Positions 56,131-64,000 of a stretch of DNA of 64,000 nucleotides are shown one piece after another. Position 1 is the first letter of the stretch, and each line of letters starts with the position of its first letter. This DNA comes from Chloroflexota bacterium (GTDB lineage Bacteria > Chloroflexota > UBA11872 > VXOZ01). The position numbers and the translations under genes were made by a program. The notes below the pieces were generated by a model that had not been told where the DNA came from, made no database searches, and saw only the letters and a list, made by a program, of their open reading frames with translations. Where the stretch lies: the NCBI GenBank assembly GCA_963662335.2, contig CAXXVD010000005.1, positions 128,001-192,000 of the forward strand, read 5' to 3'.

Positions 56131-57318
56131 TCAAGAGCGGGTGCTATCCTCAGCCGACTGCGTCTTCCAGGGCAACACGCGCAACCGCGCCCGCGCCGGC
56201 ACGCGAATCACCGGCGGCATGGCGTAGGTCTTCACGCGGCTGTGCACCGCGATGCTTTGCAGCAGGCCGATGCCAATGAAGAGCGCCAGCAGGGCGCTGC
56301 CGCCGTATGACAAGAACGGTAACGGGATCCCGGTCACGGGCAGGAGCCCGATGATCATACCCACGTTGACAAACGTCTGCAAAAATATGAGCGTCGTCAC
56401 GCCAACCGCAAGGTTCTGGCCGAAGTGGTCGCGGGAGTTTGTGGCAATCAACGTCGCGCGCATGAGCAGCACCAAGAACAGCCCCAGCACGAGCGCGCTG
56501 CCCACGAAACCCAGTTCCTCGGCCAGCACGGCAAAGACGAAGTCCTTGTGCTGCACGCGCAGGTACTCCAGTTGCGTTTGCGAGCCCTGGAAGAGTCCCC
56601 GGCCCCATAGTTCCCCCGCCCCTACGCTGATCTGCGCCTGGAGCACGTTGTAGCCGGCGCCGAACGGGTCTGCCGCCGGATCGAGATACGTGGCGATGCG
56701 CTCCCACATGTACTCGCGTATCGTGATGACTTGCAGGAAGACGGCGGACAGCAAGCCGACGGCCACGCCGACCAGATACCGCAGCGGCACTCCCGCCATG
56801 AAGACCATGCCCGCCCAAATCCCGAGAAACATCACCGTGGTGCCGAGGTCCGGCTCTCGGAAAACCAGGAAGGCCGGCACGGCGGCAATGACCATGGAGC
56901 CAAAGAAGTACCGTATGTCTTGCACGCGGTGCGGTCCGGCGCTGAGGTAGTGCGCCAGCGCCACGATCAGGGCAATCTTCGCCAACTCCGAAGGCTGCAC
57001 GGAGAAGGGGCCCAGCAAGAACCACCGCTGGGAACCGCCGATAGAGACCCCGGCGATGAGCACCGCCAGCAGCAGGAGGACGGCAGCGCCGTAGCCAATC
57101 CATGCCAAGCCGCCCAGCCACCGGTAGTTTAGCCGTGGGGCCACGGTGAGGATAACGACGCCCACGCCGAGGAACACGCTCTGCTTGATGACGTCCACCG
57201 ACGCCCCGGACTCGTCAAGCGTCGCGCTGTGAATGAGCACGACGCCGACTGCCCCCAGCGCGAGCGCGGCGGCCGTTAGCCAGTAGTCGTAGAGTCTCCA
57301 CTTGCGTATGGCAATCAT
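56131..57318 (-). CDS. rodA: SEDS peptidoglycan glycosyltransferase RodA
   Basis: GSQRW, QPSELAK, PDLGT, GYN..Q..I.VG.G, DFVF.V.AEE.GF, VTGIPLPFLSYGGS. Confidence 0.95.
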   Translation of the reverse strand: MIAIRKWRLYDYWLTAAALALGAVGVVLIHSATLDESGASVDVIKQSVFLGVGVVILTVAPRLNYRWLGGLAWIGYGAAVLLLLAVLIAGVSIGGSQRWFLLGPFSVQPSELAKIALIVALAHYLSAGPHRVQDIRYFFGSMVIAAVPAFLVFREPDLGTTVMFLGIWAGMVFMAGVPLRYLVGVAVGLLSAVFLQVITIREYMWERIATYLDPAADPFGAGYNVLQAQISVGAGELWGRGLFQGSQTQLEYLRVQHKDFVFAVLAEELGFVGSALVLGLFLVLLMRATLIATNSRDHFGQNLAVGVTTLIFLQTFVNVGMIIGLLPVTGIPLPFLSYGGSALLALFIGIGLLQSIAVHSRVKTYAMPPVIRVPARARLRVLPWKTQSAEDSTRS

Positions 57319-57319
57319 G

Positions 57320-59173
57320 CTATTGCCGCGCGCTCCTGGCGGAAGTGAAGTAGTGGCGGGTCAGTTCATCCGCAATCGGGGCCGCGAATTCGGAACCCTC
57401 ACCGGCGCCGTAGAGCACCACGGCAAAGGCAATCTCGGGTTCGTCAAACGGCGCAAACCCGGTAAACAAGGCGTGAGTCGGCAGGTATCCCTCCGCGTCG
57501 CGAGGCCCGGGAAACTCTGCCGTACCGGTCTTGCCGGCGATGCCGTGCGGATTGGCCTTGATCCGAATTGCCGTTCCGCCCACCACCACGTCGCGCATCG
57601 CGTTGCGGATTACGGCGAGCACATTTGAAGAGAAAGGCAAACGGCGCGCCACTCGCGGTTCGATGGGCCGTGCCTGCGCATCGTCGGCCCCGTGTATCTC
57701 AGCGGCCACCCTAGGATACATCACATTGCCTCCGTTTGCAATGGCCGCGGTAAAATTCGCCAACTGCAACGGGGTGCACAAGACGTCGCCTTGCCCAATG
57801 GCCGTATTGTAGGAATCGCCCTGAAACCACTGTTCCTGCTTCAGGCGCAGCTTGCGCTCAGGAGTTGGCATCAGGCCCTCCTGTTCGCCGGGCAGGTCGA
57901 TGCCCGTGGGCAGCCCAAAGCCGCTGGCGGTAGCGGCGCGCGCCAGCGCCTCCGGCCCTAGCCCGTCGAAGCCGGTATAGGGGTTGCCGCCCACAAGGTT
58001 GTAGAAGAAGACGTCGCAGGAGCGCACCAGGGCCTCATAAGCATTGAGGAAACCGTGCCCGCTGCGCTTCCAGCAGCCGAATTCCCAGCCGCCCGGCAGA
58101 ATCAGGCTGCCGCGGCACTCGAACCGCGTTTCCAAGTCCATGTCGTGCCGCTCCAGCCAGTCCCCCAGACTCACCAGCTTGAACGTCGAAGCCGGTGGGT
58201 AGAGACCGCCGATGGTTTGGTTGACCAACGGCCGCGCCGGATCGTTCGCCAATTGCGCGTAGTCGTCATCCGAAATAGAGCGGGCAAAGAGGTTATTGTC
58301 GAACCCCGGCAGGCTCACAAGCGCGCGCACCGCCCCGGTCGCCGCGTCCAGCACAACGACGGCCCCGGACGTCGACTCCGCCGCCGCCAGTCCGTCGCGC
58401 AGCATCTCGGTGACAGCCTCTTGCAAGTCCAGGTCGAGACCCAACACAAGATTCTTGCCGGGCCGGGGAGGCGTTTCATCCAGAACGCGCACCGTGCGGC
58501 CGTACACGTTCACTTCCACTCTCCTTTGACCCTTTTCGCCGCGCAAATCCGTCTCATAGACAGACTCCAGACCCGTAATTCCCACCTGATCGTCCCGTTC
58601 GTAGCCGCGATTCAGGTAGAATTCGGTGCGCTCGTGCGGGATCGGGCCGGTGTACCCCAGAATGTGACCGTTGCTATCTCCCAGCGCGTATTCGCGAACC
58701 GGCCGGCTTTCGGCGGAAATGCCCGGGAGATACGGGTGCTCCTCTTCGACGATCAAGGCAACGTGACGCGGCACGTCGCGTTTGAGGATTGTCGGTTGGT
58801 ACGGACTTTGCAGACCCTGCTCCATCAGCCCCATGAGCGTCGGGGCGGACACGTCAAGCAGCGCCGCCAGCCGCCGCGCGACGTTCTCGCGCTCGTCCCG
58901 CGGCAGATCGATCATGCGCGCTACCACGCTAAAACTGGGCGCGTTGATGGCCGCGCGCTGCTCGCGCCGGTCATAGATGACGCCCCGCAAGGGCTTTACG
59001 GAGAGCACCCGCAGGCTGTTGTTTTGCGCCTGATCGCGCAGCTCCGGCCCGCGGACGATCTGGATGTACCACAGGCGGGCGACAAGCGCGACAAACGAAC
59101 CGAAGAGGACGATGCGCAGCAGGTAGAAGCGAATAGCCTCGCGCCGCGTAAGCCTCCGCTTTTCCTCGGCCAT
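57320..59173 (-). CDS. mrdA: Penicillin-binding protein 2
   Basis: RLWYIQI, RGVIYDR, GLE..YE..LRG, STFK (SxxK), SCD, GKTGT; ATG 59173 overlaps the mreD stop. Confidence 0.93.
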   Translation of the reverse strand: MAEEKRRLTRREAIRFYLLRIVLFGSFVALVARLWYIQIVRGPELRDQAQNNSLRVLSVKPLRGVIYDRREQRAAINAPSFSVVARMIDLPRDERENVARRLAALLDVSAPTLMGLMEQGLQSPYQPTILKRDVPRHVALIVEEEHPYLPGISAESRPVREYALGDSNGHILGYTGPIPHERTEFYLNRGYERDDQVGITGLESVYETDLRGEKGQRRVEVNVYGRTVRVLDETPPRPGKNLVLGLDLDLQEAVTEMLRDGLAAAESTSGAVVVLDAATGAVRALVSLPGFDNNLFARSISDDDYAQLANDPARPLVNQTIGGLYPPASTFKLVSLGDWLERHDMDLETRFECRGSLILPGGWEFGCWKRSGHGFLNAYEALVRSCDVFFYNLVGGNPYTGFDGLGPEALARAATASGFGLPTGIDLPGEQEGLMPTPERKLRLKQEQWFQGDSYNTAIGQGDVLCTPLQLANFTAAIANGGNVMYPRVAAEIHGADDAQARPIEPRVARRLPFSSNVLAVIRNAMRDVVVGGTAIRIKANPHGIAGKTGTAEFPGPRDAEGYLPTHALFTGFAPFDEPEIAFAVVLYGAGEGSEFAAPIADELTRHYFTSARSARQ

Positions 59174-59700
59174 CAGCGCCTCCTCGGGTTCGAACGCCGC
59201 GCCGTCTGCGACGACGTCACCTCCAACATGCGAAAGCCCGCCAGGACGACGAGCGGGGCAAAGAGCGCGTTGAGGAGCGCCGCCGGCAGCGCCGTTTGCC
59301 ACAGCATGTCGCCGAACGAAAACCGGTACTCGAACGTCATCAAGAGCGCGCCTATCAAGACGAAGTAGACCATGGCTACCCAAAAGGCCGTTACGACCGC
59401 TAACACGATCCGGTTCGGTTGCACCGCGCTTGCGGCGAATCCCCCCAAGCAGCCGGCAATGGTCAGCGCAAGGGCGCTCAGCCCCCAATGCGCGTCCGAG
59501 AAGACGTCCACCAGGAGTCCGCCCGCAAAGCCCCAGCCGGCGCCGCCGGCCGGCCCGTACCAGAGCGCCAAGAAGGTGACGACTTGCAGCATGGGCAGCC
59601 ACACCACGCCAAAGAGCGGAAAGTGCCAAACCACGCTCGTCTGCACCAAGGCGGTGCAGACCATCAGGACGAAGACGGCCGGGCGCGAGACGTCGTTCAT
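59173..59700 (-). CDS. mreD: Rod shape-determining protein MreD
   Basis: Multi-TM; G..WGFAGGLLVDV.S...G..AL; operon position. Confidence 0.85.
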   Translation of the reverse strand: MNDVSRPAVFVLMVCTALVQTSVVWHFPLFGVVWLPMLQVVTFLALWYGPAGGAGWGFAGGLLVDVFSDAHWGLSALALTIAGCLGGFAASAVQPNRIVLAVVTAFWVAMVYFVLIGALLMTFEYRFSFGDMLWQTALPAALLNALFAPLVVLAGFRMLEVTSSQTARRSNPRRR

Positions 59701-59702
59701 CG

Positions 59703-60563
59703 CTATTGCCCCGTGAACTCCCGCTCTTCCAGCGGCAGCGGCACGAATTCCGCCACCACCATCACGTGCTCCAACTGCGAGAAATCGACAAACGGCTCGA
59801 TCTCCGCGGTCTGGTACAGTTCGTAGTCCGCCTGCTTCACCTCTACCACCCTGCCGATCACAAGGTCTTTGGGCAGACCCCCGCCCAGCCCGCTCGTCAC
59901 AACCAGGTCGTGCACGTCTAGCTCTTCGGTCTGGAGGATGTAGCGCATCTGCAAGCGCCCTTCAGACGACCCGTACACGTTGCCGAAAGCTCGGCGCGGC
60001 CCGCCCTGCACCACGGCGTTTACCACGCTGGAAGGACTGGTAATGAGTTGCACTTTCGACCAGTGTGAGGCGACTTTGGTAATCTTGCCCACCACGCCGA
60101 GATGGGTCACTACCACCATTCCCTTTTCCAGGCCGTTGCTGCTGCCGCGGTCGATGATGATGACGTCCAGGAGATGAGTCGGGTCTCTGCCAATGACCTG
60201 CGCCGATACGGGATTCCAATCGGAGTGCGCTTGCGCGTAGCCCAGGTGCTCGCGGAGCGTGCGATTCTCGATCTCCGCGCCGCGCAGCCTGGCGACCTCC
60301 GGCAGCAGTTCTTCTACCGTGCGCCGCAGCGCGGCGTTCTCCTCACGCAGATTTCTCGTCTCCTGGAACGACCCCAGCACGTACGCCGCCGCGCCGGTAG
60401 AGGTATCGAGCGCGCGTTGGATAGGCGCGGCAACGAAAGACACGGCGTTCTCCACCGGACGCAGCCAGCCTTGGCGGGAAAGGAAGACGAGCACCACCGC
60501 CGCCACGATCAGCAGCGCCAGCCTGATGACGAGCGCCTGCGGGCGAGTGTTCAAGTCACGCAT
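59703..60563 (-). CDS. mreC: Rod shape-determining protein MreC
   Basis: TM helix, EN..LR coiled coil, IIDRGS..G, G.VG.I, VTSGLGG..P..L.IG.V. Confidence 0.93.
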   Translation of the reverse strand: MRDLNTRPQALVIRLALLIVAAVVLVFLSRQGWLRPVENAVSFVAAPIQRALDTSTGAAAYVLGSFQETRNLREENAALRRTVEELLPEVARLRGAEIENRTLREHLGYAQAHSDWNPVSAQVIGRDPTHLLDVIIIDRGSSNGLEKGMVVVTHLGVVGKITKVASHWSKVQLITSPSSVVNAVVQGGPRRAFGNVYGSSEGRLQMRYILQTEELDVHDLVVTSGLGGGLPKDLVIGRVVEVKQADYELYQTAEIEPFVDFSQLEHVMVVAEFVPLPLEEREFTGQ

Positions 60564-60602
60564 CGTGTCTCAGCGTCTCCGGCGTCGTCGCCAACACCAA
60601 GA

Positions 60603-61700
60603 TCAGGTGGTTGCGTGCGTGTACTCACGTGAATCGGAAACGAAGAGCTTCTGGTACGACTCGATGTCGTCAAGGCACTCGCCGGTTCCCAGCGCGACAC
60701 AGGTAAGCGCGTTCTCGGCGACGACCACCGGCACCAGCGTCTCCTCGGAGATCCGCTTGTCTATGCCGCCCAGGAACGCCCCGCCGCCGGTGAGCACGAT
60801 TCCCCGGTCCACCACGTCGCCGAGCAGTTCCGGCGGGGTTTCCTCAACGGAAATCTTCACCGCTTCGACGATGTCGTGCACCGGCCCTTCGATTGCCTCG
60901 CGCATCTCCCCCTGGGTCACCGGCACGGTCTTGGGCAGGCCGGAGAGCATGTCCCGGCCCCGCATCTCATACATCTTTTCCTGGTCGTCGGGAGAGGGAT
61001 GTGCGGAGCCAATCGCGATCTTCGTCTCTTCGGCGGTGCGTTCGCCTATCAAGAGGTCGTAGGCCTGCCGCGCGTAGTCGGCGATCGTCTCGTCGATCTC
61101 ATCCCCGGCGATGCGCACCGAGCGCCGCACCACGATACCGCCTAACGATATGACCGCCACCTCCGTGGTGCCGCCGCCGATGTCCACGATCATGTTGCCG
61201 GCGGGCTCGTCAACCGGCAGACCGGCCCCAATGGCCGCCGCCATCGGCTCCTCGATCAAATACGCTTCACGGGCGCCGGCGTTGATCGCGGCATCTTGCA
61301 CCGCGCGCTTCTCAACCTCGGTCACGCCGCTGGGAATGCCCACGATGACCCGCGGCCGCGGCACCAATTGCACGCTGGTGTGCACCCGGTCGATCACGTA
61401 GCGGAGCATCGTCTCAACAGTCTCGAAGTCCGCAATCACGCCGTCTTTCAGGGGACGCACCGCTACGATGTTTGCCGGCGTGCGGCCCACCATCCGCTTC
61501 GCTTCCTGGCCGACGGCCAGCACCCGATCCGTCCGCAAGTCCATCGCCACGACGGATGGTTCGGATACGACAACACCCTTATCTCGGGCGTACACCAGCA
61601 GGTTCGCGGTACCCAGGTCGATGCCCAAATCTTGGGAGAAGAGACCGAGGAACGAACTGAACGGCCCGAGAATGCTCGAGCGCCAGGAAGAAAACGACAT
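60603..61700 (-). CDS. mreB: Rod shape-determining protein MreB
   Basis: [51 protein letters not shown]. Confidence 0.96.
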   Translation of the reverse strand: MSFSSWRSSILGPFSSFLGLFSQDLGIDLGTANLLVYARDKGVVVSEPSVVAMDLRTDRVLAVGQEAKRMVGRTPANIVAVRPLKDGVIADFETVETMLRYVIDRVHTSVQLVPRPRVIVGIPSGVTEVEKRAVQDAAINAGAREAYLIEEPMAAAIGAGLPVDEPAGNMIVDIGGGTTEVAVISLGGIVVRRSVRIAGDEIDETIADYARQAYDLLIGERTAEETKIAIGSAHPSPDDQEKMYEMRGRDMLSGLPKTVPVTQGEMREAIEGPVHDIVEAVKISVEETPPELLGDVVDRGIVLTGGGAFLGGIDKRISEETLVPVVVAENALTCVALGTGECLDDIESYQKLFVSDSREYTHATT

Positions 61701-62021
61701 CGCCTACCCCACGCGCGTACGCGCTCCGGCGGAGCCGCGGCGGCTCCCGGCGGCACGGCTCGCGCCCGCCGTCGCACACGCTGTCCTACGCTTCACTACC
61801 GAACCGAACCCAGCACATTCTAACATACACATAGCCTGCCAGCAGGTCGAGGGGGTATGCCGTTCCGCGCCGGCGGAAGCGCGCGCACGGAGACGCCAAG
61901 CCCACGCCCGCGGCCCACTGCCGCTAACGTTGGAGGCCAATTGCGCTGTGGTACACTGTTCCTCGCACGAAATCCGGCGCCGACCCTCCGCGCCAACGCA
62001 ATCGTGAAAAGGAGTTCTCAG

Positions 62022-62402
62022 ATGCGCGTCGATCGTTTGTACAGTCCCAAAGGACCGCGGCCCGCGGGCACCTACTCGCAGGCGGTGCGCGCCGGCAACT
62101 TGCTCTTCATCGCGGGCCAGGGCCCGCTCGATCCTCAAACCGGCGAGATCACGGGCGAAACGCTGGCCGAACAGTGCCAGGTCACGTTGCAGAACATCAA
62201 GAATATCGTGGAAGGCCACGGCGGCGACATTCGCAACGTGGTGAAAGTAAACGTCTATTTGGCGGACATGGACGGTTTCTCCGAGATGGACGGGGTCTAT
62301 AAGACGTTCTTTGGCGAGTATCCGCCGGCCCGCACCACGGTGGGCGTGCAGATGAACGAGATCCTGATCGAGGTGGAAGCGACCGCCGTCCTCGACGACT
62401 AG
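62022..62402 (+). CDS. RidA/YjgF family protein
   Basis: YSQAV..G..LFIAGQ.P.DP, VVKVNVYL.DM..F..M..VY, PPART.V, IEVE; AGGAG RBS. Confidence 0.92.
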   Translation: MRVDRLYSPKGPRPAGTYSQAVRAGNLLFIAGQGPLDPQTGEITGETLAEQCQVTLQNIKNIVEGHGGDIRNVVKVNVYLADMDGFSEMDGVYKTFFGEYPPARTTVGVQMNEILIEVEATAVLDD

Positions 62403-62511
62403 ACGCCGAGCCGTTCGCTACGCCTAGGCGTTTTCGCCGACCACTGACGTTTTCGACGACCAATAACTTTCTCGAAGGCTAACGACGTTCTCGAATACCA
62501 ATGGAAGGGCA

Positions 62512-62580
62512 AGTAGCCCGTTCGTGCAGAAGGCCGAGTAGCCCGTTCGTGGTGAGCCCGTCGAACCATGAACGGGCTAC
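62512..62580. repeat. REP-like element, family C, with partial tandem duplication
   Basis: Stem GTAGCCCGTTCGTGGT...ACCATGAACGGGCTAC (62538-62580); AGTAGCCCGTTCGTG is duplicated at 62512. Confidence 0.65.
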
Positions 62581-63416
62581 TCGCTCCCGGATTGCCCGCG
62601 CTTTGCCATCGTCTCCCGGTAGCGTTTCTCCATCTCGGGCCCTTGCAGCCGCACGTACTCTTGTTCCTGGGCGCGGGCCGCCGCCGTTGACGCCGCCGCC
62701 GGTATCTCTACGTCGGCCACCGTGATCTTGTCGTACCCGCGTTGGTAGGCCACGGACTCGCCCTTGCTCACCATGAGGCTCTGGCCGACGTTGGCCTGCA
62801 CGATCGGCACGCCGTTTTCGCGCGCCCGCGCGAGCACCGCTCGGTTCTGCGCCTTGCTCGTATTGCCGTAGGTGGGAATGTAGAGGATTTGCGCGCCGTC
62901 CAGCACAATGGCGCGCGCAATGAGGGGATTCCAACGGTCGTTGCAGATGAGCACGCCGGCGCGGCCAAACGGCGTGTCGAACGCCCGCAACTTCGTGCCG
63001 ATGCGGTTGAAGTTCCACGACGGATGCGTGCCCTCGGCGAATTGGCTCTTCTGATACGTGCCGCAAATCTCCCCCCGGCGGTCGAGGAAGATCACCGTAT
63101 TGTAGACGTCGCCGCCTACTCTCTCGGCAAAGCCAAAGCAGAGACACGTGTCGATTGAACGAGCCAGTTGCTGAAAGCGCCGCACGTACGGCCCATCCCG
63201 CGGTTCGGCGATCGCCACCATTTCAGCGGCCGACCGCCGGCCCTCGATGACGTCGTAGACGACGTAGCCCTCGAACGCGCCCTCGATAGTGACGATTACG
63301 TCCGGCGCGTGGGCGGCCGCCTGGCGGATGAAGTGTTCCATCTTGGCGGCGTTGTGAGCTTTGTCCCACTTCTTGGGGAGCAGCGAGATCGCCGCCGCCT
63401 TCACCGTCGTAAACAC
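62577..63416 (-). CDS. Carbon-nitrogen hydrolase (nitrilase superfamily)
   Basis: E-K-C triad: TIEG, YQKSQ, LICNDR; also VYNT, RARENG. Start placed at GTG 63416. Confidence 0.87.
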   Translation of the reverse strand: MFTTVKAAAISLLPKKWDKAHNAAKMEHFIRQAAAHAPDVIVTIEGAFEGYVVYDVIEGRRSAAEMVAIAEPRDGPYVRRFQQLARSIDTCLCFGFAERVGGDVYNTVIFLDRRGEICGTYQKSQFAEGTHPSWNFNRIGTKLRAFDTPFGRAGVLICNDRWNPLIARAIVLDGAQILYIPTYGNTSKAQNRAVLARARENGVPIVQANVGQSLMVSKGESVAYQRGYDKITVADVEIPAAASTAAARAQEQEYVRLQGPEMEKRYRETMAKRGQSGSE

Positions 63417-63442
63417 GGTCTCCCTGCTTTCCCTTGCACACC

Positions 63443-63561
63443 CCGTTCGCCCTGAGCGGCGTCGAAGGGTGAACGGCTGGAGGAGCAGTTCATCGGTTTC
63501 GCACATTCTACTTTGCGTTTGTGCTTTGACAAGGGCTGCGCGAAGCCCTCAGCACGAACGG
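63443..63561. repeat. REP-like elements, family C (inverted pair)
   Basis: CCGTTCGCCCTGAGCGGCGTCGAAGGGTGAACGG and the downstream ...CTCAGCACGAACGG. Confidence 0.55.
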
Positions 63562-63642
63562 AGAGATCCGAATCCATCCGCTCCTATGCGACAGTGTTGA
63601 GATCCCACGTCCGCACCGCGGTGTTCACGGCGCTCACGCACA

Positions 63643-64000
63643 TTACTCGATTGACGCCGCCAACGCCGCAGCCGCCGCTTCCAGCCGGGTCAGCGTGCGC
63701 GCGCGGCCCAACACGACCATCGTCTCGAACAACGGCGGCGTGGCGGTCTTGCCGGTGATTGCCACGCGCAGCGGCATGAAGAGTTGCCCCGCCTTCCAGC
63801 CTAGATCTGACGCCAAACCGCGCAGGCAGGCCTCGATTGTCTCATGCTCCCAGGCCGCCAGTTGCGCGAGCCGCTCGCGCGCCTGCCGCAACGCCCCGAG
63901 CGAGCCCGCCGGAGACTGCTTCTTGGCGATGAGGAGCTTTGGCGCGGGCGTCACCTCCGCGGCAAAGAAGAAATCCAGCGCTTCAGGCGCTTCCGCCAGC
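63643..64000 (-). CDS. gltX: Glutamate--tRNA ligase, C-terminal anticodon-binding part (partial)
   Basis: GQLFMPLRVAITGK..TPPLFETM.VLG...L.RL; frame is open to the window edge. Confidence 0.88.
   Translation of the reverse strand, partial: LAEAPEALDFFFAAEVTPAPKLLIAKKQSPAGSLGALRQARERLAQLAAWEHETIEACLRGLASDLGWKAGQLFMPLRVAITGKTATPPLFETMVVLGRARTLTRLEAAAAALAASIE

Noticed and set aside
57320-59629. 769-aa extended PBP2 or MreD-PBP2 fusion suggested by the ORF track
   Set aside because: The 5' extension overlaps mreD in another frame; the ATG at 59173, coupled to the mreD stop, gives a normal PBP2 N-terminus.

Overview
High-GC bacterial chromosomal window made up mostly of core genes. Gene content and synteny suggest a monoderm, probably Chloroflexota; this is an inference from the DUF5671-like protein, archease-RtcB, archaeal-type PGI/PMI, two MreB paralogues and atpZ-atp-murA-mreB. 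Core loci: the complete F1Fo operon (atpZ-B-E-F-H-A-G-D-C) followed by murA and mreB, yebC-ruvC-ruvA-ruvB, tRNA-Gly-tig-rsgA-gmk-priA-def-fmt, mreBCD-mrdA-rodA and the 3' end of gltX. Accessory loci: a partner-switching signalling operon (STAS, REC-PP2C, RsbW-like kinase, Tat-lipoprotein binding protein, TorS-like sensor), several catabolic oxidoreductases and PLP enzymes, and an archease-rtcB operon flanked by a PHP-type metallohydrolase and a PurM-like ATPase. Most interesting candidates: (1) a truncated, orphan nitrile-hydratase-alpha-like protein with a variant CTPCSC metal motif and no beta subunit or activator; (2) a PriA whose ATPase/helicase motifs are degenerate while its zinc fingers are intact; (3) the binding-protein/TorS-like sensor wired to a partner-switching cascade. 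Intergenic regions also carry at least five families of REP-like palindromes, with no mobilising enzyme in the window. No CRISPR array, prophage, IS element or rRNA was seen. All calls come from motif recognition by eye; no database searches were run.
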